NCBI GenBank assembly: GCA_964016885.1 | Contig: OZ024744.1 | Span: forward strand, 67,084,001-67,148,000 | DNA: 64,000 bases | Direction of reading: 5' to 3' | Source of the DNA: Eledone cirrhosa | Lineage: Eukaryota | In this document: one piece after another, positions 13,035 to 29,545 of the stretch | Numbering within the stretch: the first letter of the stretch is position 1 | Layout of the letters: every line of letters begins with the position of its first letter | Translations under genes and position numbers: made by a program | Notes under the pieces: generated by a model | What the model saw: only the letters and a program-made list of their open reading frames with translations | Databases searched by the model: none | Told to the model about the DNA's origin: nothing

Positions 13035-13950
13035 TAATTGTTTCTACTTTAGGCACAAGCCCAGCAATTTGAAGGTGGGAGGGGGGATTGATTAAATTGA
13101 TCCCAGTGCTCACAGGTGCTTTATTTTATCGATCCTGTAAGGATGAAAAGCAAAGCTAACTCTCTACTGCAAAACATGGTGTCCGACGCTCTACCGATAC
13201 TGCCAAACCATCACCCAAAATATAATGAAAAGATAACGTAAATCTTTGACGGAATGTACGTGTGATTCAAAAACGTCTTCATAGGTAACAATTTAGTGTG
13301 ACCTTTGAACATATGCCGCTGTATTTTGTAATGATCTAGGCCCTAAAGAAGAGGTAAACAATCGGTGATCATCTAGTAGCAATGACTGACCCTGACTGAT
13401 GCTTTCAACTCATGATTTAAGTTGATCAGTCCTGTTCCGACTCATAAGATGTATTGCATGGGGCAGGGTTTTGTGTGTGTCTGTGATTCACAAGCAAAAA
13501 TACATGCCAAATACATGGTTATACTTGTCATGTTCTTTGTTCTGTCAATTGGAAATATTGTGTCTATTGTTTTGCAAATAATTGTTTCTACTTTTGACAA
13601 AGGCCTGCAACTCGAATGGAACGGGAAAGTCGACTAAATTGACCCCAGTACGTTACTGGTACATTATTTTATCTACCCCGTAATGATGAAAATAAAAACT
13701 AATCTCAGCGTGATTTTAAAATAAATATTTGTTTATTCTTTGGCACAATGTCAGCAATTTGAAGGGAAAGGGGAAAATCGATTAAATCGACATCAGTGCG
13801 TTACTAGTATTTTATTTTATCGACCCTGTAAACATGAAAAGTAAATCTATCCTCGATGCGTTTTGAAATCAGAACGTAAGGGGATGTAACTATATACCAT
13901 AAAGCATGATGCCCAACGCTCAACTGACACCGCCTATCAACTGCCCTATT
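13035..13950 (-). mobile_element. SINE copies (13035-13215, 13578-13950)
   Basis: Same SINE body motifs. Confidence 0.8.
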
Positions 13951-14330
13951 GCTGTGCAAATAATAAACCTGAAATTTTATAGTGGCTCAGTTTTGAAATT
14001 CTTGATCGGTCTAGCTACTTTTCATGTTAGAGGAAAAGTGATTTTCATTTGACACTTCATCTCACATTGAATCTATTTTATTGTATTGACCTATATTAGA
14101 CATACTGCATTATACTTCATCTCATTGGTGCAACAAGCAGTCTTTCATTTTCAGTTCATTTTACACTTAACATGTTTAATATTTAAACTTATTAAATAAA
14201 ATTAATATATAATAAAAGAGATTATTATCAAATATCAAATATGTGTATAATATGACCTCCACCTATCCCAATCCCCACCCTCTCCTACCACCAGAAAATA
14301 TATAAATACCACCATATTTACTTTGACAGT

Positions 14331-14383
14331 CAGCTTCCTGATGATTTCTCACGAATGAAACAGTTCTAGTCCTGTAGAAGCTT
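14331..14383 (+). ncRNA. Minimal type-I hammerhead ribozyme, family H2
   Basis: agcttc-CTGATGA-tttc-tcac-gaat-GAA-acag-ttctagtc-ctgt-A-gaagct. Stem I covaries with the copies at 44575-44628 and 45973-46025. Confidence 0.85.
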
Positions 14384-14394
14384 TTCTATATTAA

Positions 14395-16911
<2,517 letters not shown>

Positions 16912-17072
16912 TATATATTAATTGCATTTTCATTTGTTAGGGATAATCTAAGGAAAGATTGTGCTACTTATGAGTTTAAATGACTTGGTGATACAAATAT
17001 AAAAGTAAAGAACATTTTAAAGCACAATATATCTATAGTTCCTGGATGTTATATCTTACTTTTTATCAATGA

Positions 17073-17662
17073 CTAGCATTAAAGCCCGGCGTTGCTCGGG
17101 GTCAGTAAGTTACCAAAGTTAGGTTGCAACACCCATTTTATGGCAGCACCTTTTTGTCTGGCAGGCACTGGGTGAATGAATTGCAGACCTGGACTGTCGA
17201 AGCAGGAGCTGCGTCAGCAGTGACAATTGTAGTTTCGCCTATGGATATTATCTCTGTGCAAAGAAGTGTTGAAATTTATTGTTTCACAGTATTTGCGCAA
17301 CACGCGTGTAGACGATGCCAGCCGAACAACAGAGCTGCGATGGAGTTGTTCTGCATGGTTGTCTAATGTGTGTTTTCTAAATTTAAAACAGTAGGGAGGA
17401 GTGTGATATGGGGGAGAGTTAGCTTTTGTTTCTAGCAGGTTTAGTGACCTCATAGAGGATATTATTGTGTATAGTAAATAAACTGATACTTCTTTCTTCC
17501 CCGTTCGTTGATAGATGTTTTACAAAAGATTTATCGGTATTTTTTTTATTGTTGAATAAATTTATCTGTTGCTTTTGAATAATTGCTGTTTCATATGAAA
17601 TGTAATAAGTTCTCTTAGTCATTGAAGTAAATAAATGATTGACCGTTCCACACTCAAAAACA

Positions 17663-17753
<91 letters not shown>

Positions 17754-18040
17754 GTTTGTAAGAGAAAGTTGCAGCATGTATGTAGTTTTATCGAATTTTA
17801 AGGGGAGTAGAGAGAGGTAATCTGATTGTATTAGAGGGATAAAGCGTCATGTATTTAGTTTTATCGATATTTCCATAATTGTGGGTGACTTTGAATGAAA
17901 TAAATAGTCGTTGACCTAAGTTAGACCATTTACAACATTCTTACAGACATGGAGTCGAATCGATTTGAAATTGTGCAAATGTATAAACAGGGAACATGCA
18001 CACTCATACACACACAGCAACAACAATCTGCGTTTTATGG
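17073..18040 (-). mobile_element. Non-autonomous Helitron-like element
   Basis: Minus-strand 3' hairpin cccgagcaacgccggg followed by CTAG at 17073-17076, the same hairpin as at 55853 and 56643. Decayed 5' end near 18040. Internal (CT)n. Confidence 0.55.
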
Positions 18041-18180
18041 AAAATGATAAATTTTAATCATATCTTTAGGCTTCCATAAACTTTTAATATTTTCCCAACA
18101 ATATTTGAATCCTATTGTTTACAATCTATATTTTTATTACTGGAATTCTTGGGCATCTAACGTACAGATTATTTGTATTT

Positions 18181-18236
18181 AATTGATTCTGATGAGCATA
18201 TTCTGGTTAATATAACGAAACGGTCTTAAATCAATT
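18181..18236 (+). ncRNA. Minimal hammerhead ribozyme in a pLTR fragment
   Basis: aattgatt-CTGATGA(18189)-gcatatt..aatataac-GAAACG-GTC-tta-aatcaatt. Confidence 0.6.
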
Positions 18237-18265
18237 AAATGATGTAATTTAAATACTTGCAATGC

Positions 18266-18340
<75 letters not shown>

Positions 18341-18343
<3 letters not shown>

Positions 18344-18536
18344 TAGCCTTAGTGTTAGGTTCTTCAGGGACTTTCGGCGCATCGAGCAGTAAGTAGTCGC
18401 AAACGGTCACGATTAGCGGCAGCTTTTTCACGTCCCTACCAAGTGATGTTGGTTGCCATCATATCTTTTAGGAATGTTCGTGGCCAGGTGATCCTGGGGC
18501 AACCACGCTTCCGTTTGCTGCCAGGTAGAGTCCAGT
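18341..18536 (-). mobile_element. RTE-clade LINE 3' end
   Basis: Minus-strand translation [22 protein letters not shown]....TW....AANRDR.R is a typical RTE C-terminus. Embedded in (TA)n. Confidence 0.65.
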
Positions 18537-18545
18537 ATATATATA

Positions 18546-18594
<49 letters not shown>

Positions 18595-18621
18595 GTGCGC
18601 ATGTACACATACTCTTAAATT

Positions 18622-18699
<78 letters not shown>

Positions 18700-18741
18700 A
18701 ATTTAAGAGTATGTGTACATGCGCACGTATATATATATATA

Positions 18742-19228
18742 TAATTGAGATAAGCGGAGCAAGCAAGATTCAAACAATTTTTTTTTATAAATTTAAAAAT
18801 ATAATTTAAATATTTACCTATTCCAATTGCTTTTACCGAACGGTTTCACTTCACAAAAGATTGGAGACCCCTAGGAACTTCCAATGGAAAAGTTTAGATC
18901 ATCAGAAAACATTTACCTTTCCTAGGACAAAAAGTCCCAGGAACGGCAAAATATATTGCCATCTGCCAGCTAGCACAGGATCGAATGGGGCCGAAAATTT
19001 GAGCTATGCGTGAACCATCCCATAGTAGAAGCAGAAGTAAACATAGATGTATTGTCTGCCTCGCCACTAAAATAGCAGCTAAATAGAACAACAGATTTGT
19101 TCTCTACAAAACGGAGAATATTAAAAGAAGTTAATATCCCCACAGGTACTAAGTACCCCTGGAAATATATAGGGTGTCTATGATACAGTGGTTGTTCTAT
19201 GGTATTAATTTGACATACCAGAACTATA

Positions 19229-19230
<2 letters not shown>
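18742..19230 (-). mobile_element. ORF-less pLTR/retrozyme-like insert with HHR at 18828-18911
   Basis: tgtttt-CTGATGA-(long stem II with attgga/tccaat)-GAA-accg-tt-cggt-A-aaagca. (TA)n on both flanks. Confidence 0.7.
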
Positions 19231-19309
<79 letters not shown>

Positions 19310-19792
19310 TAAGTTTCTTATAGCTATGTAGAAAGTTTTTTATGTCTTTCAAGTCAGACGAAAATGGCAGGATTTGACATTCATGCATTTCCCAGAAGGG
19401 TCATTATTGACAGAAATAGCAGTCAGGGTAGGGATGGGGTGGCACAATCTATGTTATTGACTTAACTCTTTCAGAATTTGACCTTTTAATCTATACTGCC
19501 CTCACTTTATGGAAAATATTGATTTCTAACTCTTCTGTGACGTCACGCATGTTTGAGAGGGAGAGAAAGAGAGAGCTAGAGAGAGAGGAGGGCTACAGAG
19601 AGGGGTGCTACAGAGAAAGAGCTAGAGAGAGAGAGAGGGCTGGAAGAGAGAGTGAGAAGAGAGGAAGAGAGAGAAACAAGTGGATGTGGATGAAAAAGAG
19701 AGGGAGTGAGAGAGAGACAGAGAGAAAGAGAAAGAGATAGAGAATTCGTATTTGATAGAATTAACCCAAGAAAATTACTGGTATATAATTTA

Positions 19793-22700
19793 GATTATTA
19801 TTATTATTATTGTTATTATTATTGTTCTTTGGGTCTCAGTCATTGATGTTAGTTAACTGGAAAGTTTGTTGTAATGAATATCAAGCCGCTACCTGCAGCC
19901 TCAGATATTCAGGACGTATCGGAAGGTTCTTGCTGTTCCCAGCAAGTATGCCTTTTGAAGTGTTCCAAAAAGCGGGGCGGGGCCAATTTTCTTTAACCAT
20001 CCCTAGAAACTTTTTGAGATAGTACCTAGTGCGCCTATGACAATCGGGACCACTTTGACTTCATGGCAGTTCCAAATCCCTTTTACCTCCCACTCTAAGT
20101 TCTGGTATCGGTTAATTTTCTCCCTCTCCTTCTCTTGCACTCTCGTGTCGAATGGGCAGGCCACATCCACAATCAGGTACGATCTTTTTTCCTTGTCCAA
20201 AACCACCAGGTCAGGTCTATTGTGTTCCAGTTTCTTGTCCGTCTGTATCCTAAATCCCACAGCACCTTCACCTGATCGTTTTCTATCACCGACTCTGGCT
20301 TATGCTCATACCACTCCTCAGAATGTGGTAAATTGTTTACTTTGCATAAGTGTCAGTGGATCACCCTGCCCATTACATCATGTCTCCAGCCTTTATAGTG
20401 AGTCTGGGCTAGGTGTTTACACTCGGATACAATGTTAGCCACAGTCTCTTCTTTCTCTCCACAGATCCTGCACAGTGGGCTAGCCTCTTCCTTGTAAATA
20501 TGGTGTTTCAGCCACTTCGTTTCGGGGGCCTGCTCTTACGCAGCCATTAGCATTCCTTTTGTAGCCTTTTTAAGGTCTCCTCTTCTCAACCAGTTCCATG
20601 TCTGTGGATCTCTGAATTCCGTTTTCTCAAAGAAGGTACTATGAAGGGATATTCCTGAAGGTTGCTCTTTCTCCTTGTTATTTCCTCCTTGGACATCCCC
20701 TGGTCTATTGTCCTCTCCTTCAGTACAATTCTGAGCATTGGCTCCTTACTATCAGTCACGTATTTGTGTAGGTTGTTTTTCTCCATCTGAACACAGTCCT
20801 CTATGCTGATAAGACCTCTTCCACCTTCAGATCTCCTTAAGTAGAGTTTATCGACATCACTCCTCTTGTGGAACATGTTGTAGATAGTCAATAGCTTCCT
20901 AGTCTTCCTATCCATTTCTTTTTTTCAACAACATTCCATCTCAGAATTCCTGCACTGTACCTAATAATAGACACAGCTCGGGAATTTACTACACTTATGG
21001 CATTCCTACTGTTCAGATGTGACTTTAATACGCTCCTTACTCTCCGAATGTATTCAGATCTTATCAATTCATTCATTTTTTTGTTCTTGATGTCATCTCA
21101 TCAGCCTCCAGAATACCCAAATACTTGTATCCTTCTTCAGTGCCAGTTTCCTTTATCATCCCACCTGTTGGTACCTGGATTCCGTTGCTTCTGCTCAATT
21201 TACCACTCTTCATCACAAGGACTCCACACTTACTAATACCAAATTGCATACATATAACATTGCTGAAAATACGGACAGTATCAACAAGCACATCCAACTC
21301 CTTCTCACTCTTCCCGAAGAGCTTAAGATCGTCCATGAAGAGGAGCTGATTGATGGTAAGTTCTCCCTTTCCCAACTTATATCCTGCTCTCACTTTTCGC
21401 AGTATAATGGTCAGGGGCTTCAGGGCAAGGACAAACAACAGAGGGGACAGACTATCTCCCTGGAAGATACCTCTCTTGATCTTCACGCCTCCCAAGGATT
21501 CTCCAGCTGATGTTAACTCTGTTTTCCAGGACTTCATACTTTTGCTCAACAACTGTCTGATGTTATCTGCCACCTTGAAGATCTCTAGGCTTTTGGTGAT
21601 CCAAGAATGAGGCACCATGTCAAATGCCTTTTTGTAGTCTATCCATCCCATGGCAAGACCAGTGTGTCTCCTTTTGCAATTCCTCATTACCATCTTATCA
21701 ATAAGTAACTGATCCTTTGTACCACGGGACTTCTTTCGGCAACCTTTCTGTTCGTCCGGTAACAAGTTGTTTATGGGGAGGTGATGGTAGATTTCCTCAG
21801 ACACAATGCTTGTTAATAGTTTCCACATTACGGACAGACATGTGATAGGTCTATAGTTGGTAACATCATTACCCTTGATTCGGTCTTTCATTACCAGAAC
21901 TGTGGTACCTTTTGTCAACCACTCTGGTACCTCACCTGACATCAAGCAGTCATTGAACATGGTTGTCAGTTTCGGGTGGAGGGATGTTACATTTTTAATC
22001 CAATACCCCTGCACACCATCTGGGCCTGGTGATTTCCAGTTGGTTAGTTTTTTGGCCTGCCCCAAGAGTTTCAACTGTGATACTCAAATCAGTTTGTTGG
22101 TGGGCCTGTTCACTAATCTCCTTTTGTACTGTCTCAATCCACACTGCCTGGTCATTATGTCTAACATCCTGCTCCCATATTCCTCTCCAGAATGTCTTAG
22201 TTTGTTTCGCCTCAGAGATCAAGTCGTTGCCTCTTTCTTTCCCTTCAAGCTGTCCAAACAACATCTGGTTGTTGTCAAACATGCGGTTCTGTCTATACTG
22301 ACTGACTCTGCTCTCGTATCGCCTAATCTTTGCACTCTTTGCTACAATGCGTTGCTTCAGTTACTCAATGATAATATTTAGCTTTTTCCTCCTAGTTTTG
22401 TACTTTATTTCCAGTCTATTTGTAGTGTCTATGTTTTGTAGTGTCCCATTCAGTAGGGACTCAAGCTTTCCAATGTCATTTCTCATTTCCCTGATTTGAC
22501 CATTCAGTCGTTTCTTCCACCAAGGTTCTGATCTTTCTTGTTTGTTGTTTCCTCTCGCTTTTATGCCAAGTAATTTCCTCACCGCATTTGCTGTTGCTTT
22601 GAGGATATTGTTGCACTGGTGAAGGCTCCTCGCCTCAAGGTATGGGATGACTTTGTTTACCTTAGCTGGTGTTTCTTTTAACTTTTTCCTGTCTACAAAT

Positions 22701-23345
22701 CTTAGGTTCATAGGTTTCCCACTATCATTGTTCATTTCATCTACCACTAAGTTTAGGATATCAACCAAATCTTGTCCTAACCCGTCAGCATTCATCTCCT
22801 CAATGGCCGTATCTTTTTGTCCCAGATGTTATTTATGTCATCATTCAGATCATTGTCTGCTTCGGATGGTTCCTCCGTTCTCTCAACCTCTTCACCTTCA
22901 TCTCCCACTGGCTCGTTTGCCTGGCATACTCCACTCTCCATTTCCAATCTAATCTCTCTGCTGAGTTCCTCCAGTTCCAGCTTCTTATCCACCCATTAGT
23001 TCTTATTACCCGAGCCTGCCCGGCCAATTTTTGTTCATCTAATTTAAATAGACCCATCTCGTTCCAGATGCTATGCATCCGTTTCCTATAGCCTTTTTCC
23101 TTGGGGTTACTCTTCAGGTAACATTGCATAACAGTTCTATTCAATTCTTTCGTCCAGTTGGTTCTGGTCCCTTTCCTTCTTCTTCTTCCTCCAACACCAG
23201 CAGTATTTGGATGACAGCCAGGTCCCTGCTGCTGGGCCAGGGAGCACCTGCTGGGTGTGAGTCTATCACATGACATTCCAGTCTCCACTTCACCGTTATT
23301 CGAACTGTTTAGGTTCGACATTTCAACACTCATATCGAGGATTGG
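19793..23345 (-). mobile_element. R4/Dong-like RLE non-LTR retrotransposon, near full-length, frameshifted
   Basis: N-terminal W..ELN..VMQCY..S.P..GYRKRM. RT motifs WKSPGPDG, NYRPITCL, WIDYKKAFDMVPH, GIFQGDSLSP and LLFMDD. CCHC (CRICG...). RLE HNRPDLVV...IVDVACPFD...VVPIVIGALG. (TAA)n tail at 19793-19822. Confidence 0.92.
21073..22074 (-). pseudogene. Reverse transcriptase core of the R4/Dong-like element
   Basis: 333-aa ORF carrying all core non-LTR RT motifs; the flanking domains are in other frames. Confidence 0.9.
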
Positions 23346-24065
23346 TGAATGTATGGTTACATAACCACCGGTCATTTCATCACCCCCAGCGATTTGATCA
23401 CCCCCGGTGATTTTAGCGTGGCACTATCACGCTGTAGACGAACATAAATAAATAAACAAACAAATGGGTAAAAACCTAAAGAAAATAAGCATAAGTTTCA
23501 TTGTAATGTAATATTTGAATGTCTGACTTAGTTTTTTGTTTGTTTGTTTGTTTGTTTTCTTTTCTTGTTTCTTTTCTTTACATTTTTCGTTGCTGCTGTG
23601 CTGTTTTGATTTTGATTTTTTGATTTTTTGACCGGGTCATCAAATCAGTCTATTTATATCTTTTGATGCCTTCCTCATTTAGTAGGAATACTACGATACC
23701 TCTGTCTTAGCAGGAGGTAGTGGGAGAGAATAGCGGCGGTAGCGATAATGAGGCAGTGGTGGTGGTGGTGGTGAAGTGATCGTAGTACAGTAGTGATGGT
23801 GTTGAAGTTGAAGTAGAAATAGATGTTGGAGTAACTTGGCTAGACTTTTTTGGTGTGGTAGTGGTGATGGTGGCGGTGGTGGTGTTGGTGGTGAAATTAT
23901 TTGCCTGTCTGTCCAAGTAGCCATTTTCCTCCTCTTTGACTATAACATTTCTGATCCAAAATTAAATATTAAATATTGGGGCCCTATGTCATAATGTGAC
24001 GCGTTGTCGCTTGCTGAGAGCAAAAACTGTAATCTTATGTTTCATTTGTAATTATTATTATTATT

Positions 24066-27000
24066 GGCGACCTATGTGGTAAATCGTATTATCGTGAGCT
24101 CCGCAAAGGTTTATATTTTCAGTTGTTTAAAATTGCCATTTATGGAAAATTTTTATTGTTAACTGAAAAGGACACCCAAAAAGATTGGGGCCTGGAGCCC
24201 AAAATTTAAAATTTTATAATTATCAAACAAAAACTTTTCTTTGAAAAAAATCATGGACGACTCAGAGTCACACCTTCCTCACAAACTAACACCTCACACC
24301 GACACCACCATTGTAAATATTACTATGTTTGCCAACACTAAAAATATAAGCAGTAGCAATATTTTAAATTTGTCTCATGCAGACATTCATTTCCCGCCAT
24401 TACCAATGACTGCAGGTGTTGAAGCCGCCACCACCGCAGCGACAACAGAAACAAAAGAAATAAATAAATAATCTCGTGACATCGAAATGGATTCACCCAA
24501 AATGAACTCTTCCACACCGAACACCACTGACGCCTCCACCACCACAACTGAAACTAAAATTAAGAATAACAAAAATAACGATAACAACAACAGCGACATT
24601 GAGAATAAGAAAACCACGCTGTCTTTTGCCAGATTATCAAAAAAGTGCGAAGCAATCCAAGTAACTCAGGAGGAATTAGATGAAGCCAAGAGAATGGTAA
24701 AGAAAGATGGGTACAGGGTCAGCCTCACCCCCCCCCCCCCCACACACACACACCTAATAAAATGAAGCATCGGCGCCTATCCACCGTGTCTTATCGGACG
24801 ATTAACATAAAATCGCGCCGAGTGGAACGGGCATCCGAGTCCCAAATCCAAAAAGCTTTGGGACATGTATGGGCAAAGAGAAACCACATCAGACGTGGGC
24901 AGAAATATGAAACCGTGGACGTGTTCTTTGAAACACCACAGGAGGCCAGAGAACACTCCATGGCCCCATTAAGAAGTGACGACTTCACACTCGTCCCAAG
25001 CTATTGTGGCCAGAGACTCGTGAATATCAGGGTGACCCACGTTCCACCGGCCATCAAAATTTCCTGGCTAATAGCGGCCGTCCTCGCCGGCATCGAAGCC
25101 AACACCAAGATAATCGAATTAGCGAAAGAAAAGCAGGAGAACTGGTCCGGATCTGGGATGGAGCTCCTGATCCAAGGGGACCAAAAAAGCATTGAGGAGA
25201 TCCCAGAGGTAATAGACCTCACTGACGGCAGCCACCTCACCGTAATCGTCGAGGGCAGAAGGCCTAGGTGTGTCGTTTGTGGTGAAGGAATCCACCTAAG
25301 GGCTTTCTGCCCTCAGGCTAAAAGGTTGAGGCCACCTCTCTTACTCACCCCAATGACTCAACCATCAACACCACCAGCAGGAGAGATGGCAGCAAAAACT
25401 GTAGCAGCAACAACAGAAGCAACTGTAACAGCAACAACCCCAGCAACAGTAGCAAAGCCAACACCACCACCAGCCAACGCGCCAGAACTAGCACCAGCGC
25501 CAACACCATCCACCACGCCACAACCAAAACCAACGCCTGTGGAGGATTTTCCACTCCCCGGCCTATCACAACTGGAAACAGATTGTGACGACGAGGAGTG
25601 GGAAATGGTATCAGGAAAAAAGAAACCAAAGAGGAAAAAATTCTCTTCCCTCCCCCATCCAAAAACAAAATACAGAGGGAAACAAATAAAATATCAAACA
25701 AAAAAGTTAGAACAGATATGCCACCATCCACACCAGCATCACCAACCGCATCACCATCATTAACCCCAACACCACCATCACCAACACCACCATCACCAAC
25801 ACCACAAAAGTCACCAAAAAGCGAAACAGAAACAAACCCACAACAAACGCAATCAAAACAAAACAACTAAAACGATACACACTACACAGTATTAAATTTG
25901 AACAACAACCAATTATTACCCTACATCCAACACAACACCAGCATCACAGAAAAAGACTACACAACAACCCAAAAGTTCACACCACCTCCACTCATACAAA
26001 TCACGCGCATCACACAGAAAACGTACACGACACTAAAACAAAAATACCCCAAAGACATCGGAGACTTCTGACAAGCACGCTCCAGGAGGATTTATAAGGA
26101 CATCCTTCCGGAGGAGGCCACAAACAGTGAAAAGGATGGACAAACCATCCTTCCTCTACGAGAAGTAAGGTAAGTGGTCTTTCCCATCTTTTCCACTCCA
26201 TTTCAACATGACCTCACTCAGAATAGGCAGCATAAATGCGCTTGGCTTGGGGTCGTCATGGAAGCAGAGCCACCTGCTCTACGACCTCAGGTCACTAAAC
26301 ATAGATGTAGTGGCAATCAGCGAGACCAGAATCTCCGAAGCACGGGCCTTCGCACCGATCTTCGGTGGCTACGATGTGTACGCATCTCCCAGCCGCCCTG
26401 GATCGGGGGGAGGATTTGCTGTGCTTTTTCGGAGACGCTTGGATCTCGCCATACGGGCCATCTTCCTGGAACCAGAAGGTAAGTTGGTGGTGCTGGACGT
26501 GACCAGCGGAGACGGGCAAGCTTTCAGGCTAGTGGCCGTCTATGCCCCGACAGGAGCAGGGCGGCCTGATTTCTTCCGGCGTCTGGAAACCTTTCTTGGA
26601 ACGTCCTGCTATTTAGTGTTAGTGGGCGACTGGAACGGGATCTTAGATGCACACTGGGACTGTGTGGGATTAGCGGATAGGGGAAGAAGGTGCAAGAGCC
26701 GCACCAACCTGCTCAGGCGTTTTGAACTGTCTGACAGTACTGATTGGATTTCCCGAATGTGCCAATGTGGACTTGGACAAATCGCGTAGGGTCATCCAGA
26801 TGATATCTAGATAGAGAATTTTGTAGGGAAATAGATAGGTCTAGCATAGGCTGTCCACAATTCAAGATAGTCAGCTACACGTGTTATGTGTGCTTGACTT
26901 AGATAGGCTTCATAGACGAGGACCCGGCTACTGGAAGCTAAACGCGTCCTTACCAGCGCGCAAGGTCTACAGAGACCAGATTAGCGAACTAGTTAAGCGG

Positions 27001-29545
27001 GCGTTGACGGGGGTCATCGTCAAAAACAAGTGGTGGTTTGTTCTGAAAAGAGCGATTAGAATAGAGTCTATTAGGTTTAGTAAGGCTTTAGCAATAGAGA
27101 AAAATAGAGCAGAGGGAGAACTAGTTAGAAATTAGACGAGGCGCTTAGCAGAGGCATCGCCACCGACGTACTTGGGGCGACATTGGCCCTTGACCAATTC
27201 TTCAATGCAAAGCACGAAGGCTGCGTTGTCAGAGCTAGGGTGCGTGCTCTCAGACACGAGGGGACGAAAGCCGTTCAATGGGCCCGAGTGGCGGAGGCGC
27301 GTCGTGGCAACAAAGCTACGATCCGGTCTTTGGTGGACCACGACGGGCGCATGCTACTCGATCCCTGGCAAATGTGGAAGCTTTTCAGCGACACTTCGCA
27401 CAGCTGTTCGGGGGCAGCGGCGAGCCGGATCGAGGGATGGACTTTAGTGTCTACCTCGACGGACTGCCGCGGCTCTCGGCCACTGATGCGGAGTGTTGCG
27501 ATAAGCCGATAACAGCCGCTGAAGTACAAGGAGGCAATGACTGGCTGCACAAGGAGACAATGACTGGCTGCACAAGGGGTAAATCGGCTGGTTTGGATGG
27601 TCTACCCTATGAACTTTACGTACAGATGCCAGACTTGTTCGAAGGCCTCTTGGTGGACGTCTACTGCAACTGGCAACAGAACGGGAGAATTCCCAGCTCT
27701 GTGAGCCGAGGAGCTGTGGCGCTGCTGAGAAAGGATCCGAACAAGGGAGATGTTATCGATAATTTCAGGCCCATAACTCTACTAAACACATAGATCAAGA
27801 TTTTGGCCAAGGTGCTAGCAAAGAGGTTGGCGTTTGTCGTTGGTGGTCGGGTGAGAGAGGCGCAGACATGCGCCATTCCCGACAGATCCATCCATGACAA
27901 CCTCCACCTCATGCGATGCATCGTAGAGAGGGTAGCTAGGGAACCTGGCACGGGTGGATCCTTGATCAATTTAGATAAGTCGAAAGCTTTCGATAGGGTC
28001 GACCATCGTTACCTAGCGGCAGTCCTGAGAGCGACGGGCTTTGGGCCCGTCTTCAGAGGCTGGATCGCTGTCATGCACAGCGACATCTGCTCTGTGGTGA
28101 GATTGAACGGTCACCTTTCGGAACCGTTCAACATCATGCGCTCGGTCCGCCAAGGATGTCCCCTCTCGTCCCTCTTGTACGTATTGACTCTCGAGCTATT
28201 ACTGCACAAACTGGAGACGTTGAGGGAGTCTCGCGCGAACTAGGATGCGGAAGATCCGTGTCAGCATATGCGGACGATGTCACCGTAGTGGTGTCGAACG
28301 CCAAACACATCGAGGCGATCGGCACTACACTAAGAGAATACGAAGCAGTGACAGGAGCAATGATCAGCCAGGAAAAGTCAGTGGGCCTGCAGCTCGGCAC
28401 CTGGAGAGGCAGGTCCATGCCGTCCAACAGCGTCGTCGGGCGCTGGACGGACGGACCAGTTAAATTGCTAGGGGTCTGGTTCGGTCCAGACCTCCAAACG
28501 GACAAAAACTGGGACGAGGTGACGAGCAGGGTGGCTTCTCTCACCCAGAAATGTGCCGAGAGGAAGCTATCCCTGAAAGGTCGAGCGGAGGTGGCTACCG
28601 CGTACATCGCGTCCGTCATCTACTACCGCCTGACCGTCGTACTTTGTCCTAAGCCCCGCCTGACTGCGCTGGAGCGTTTGCTCCTTCGCTTTTTGTGGAC
28701 GACGTACTTGGGAAACTCTAGGCGTCGACGAAAATCAACTAGCCAATCTCTTCGGAAGAACTTTCGGGCCGGGGCCTATGGACAACTTACAGAAATCCCT
28801 GGCCTGGCAGTGCAACCGAGGAGCTTTGCCAGTTCGGAATAAATTCTACAGGCATGGAGGTGCCGTCAGCCGGGCATGTCCGAGATGCGCGCAGAGCGAC
28901 GAAACCGTCCTGCACGCACTCGTCCAATGTCCAAGCATTGCTTACTTGTGGGTTTATGTCGAACACCTGCTGTCGCGTGTAGGACGGATCCAGCTATCAG
29001 CTGAGTCCATCGTGAGGATTGCCCCGCCCTCTTCCTTTACCCGGGAAGGGCAGGCAGTTTTTATCTATCTGGTGACCATGGCGAAAGAGATAGTATGGTG
29101 AACACGTTTGAAAGGGCTGAAAACGAGCACTTACCTCTTCGGTGATGCCCTGATTAACTTTTTCAAATTTCATTTGAAAAGGAAAATCAGGGTAGTGAGG
29201 GAAGTGCTCTCTTCCCAGCATTTTGTTGAAAGATAGGTGAGAGAAGCAAGAATGGCCCGAGTATGTGTCTGTAAATTAAAGGTGAAAAACTGGGAGAGGG
29301 CACTTGCCCTGGTGGTCAGGGTCACTGTGGCCTTTTAATGGGCTTTCTCCACAAATGTCCCTTGGAAGTCTCTCCCCTATTGGGGAATTTTTCATTGTTA
29401 TTTTTTTGTTACATCCTCTGTTTTTGTTTTTTACATGCAGAAATGCCCATTTGTACCGTCCTGTATTGTCCTGTACTGTCCATAATGTCTACTTTATGTA
29501 AACCCTTGTGGTTAATAAAGAAAGTATTATTATTAATATTATTGT
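24066..29545 (+). mobile_element. Tx1/L1-like LINE copy B, near full-length, inactive
   Basis: ORF1 ~24253-26175 with knuckle CVVCGEGIHLRAFC. ORF2 26208-~29276 with APE (SINALGL, ISET, VYAP, GDWN), RT (NFRPITLLN, LDKSKAFDRV, VRQGCPLS, YADD) and C-terminal CPRC...ETVLHAL..C. Internal deletion at ~28700. AATAAA plus (TTA)n tail. Confidence 0.93.
24762..25763 (+). pseudogene. ORF1p core (RRM-like region, CCHC knuckle, P/T-rich tail), copy B
   Basis: Homologous to 30509-31591. CX2CX4HX4C knuckle. Confidence 0.8.

Noticed and set aside
23345-23440. HDV-like ribozyme expected at the R4 5' end
   Set aside because: I could not fold one. The adjacent gggggtgat repeats look like a separate element.
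23691-23990. Possible 5' end of another Tx1 ORF1 on the minus strand
   Set aside because: Only low-complexity P/T similarity, with no conserved domain.
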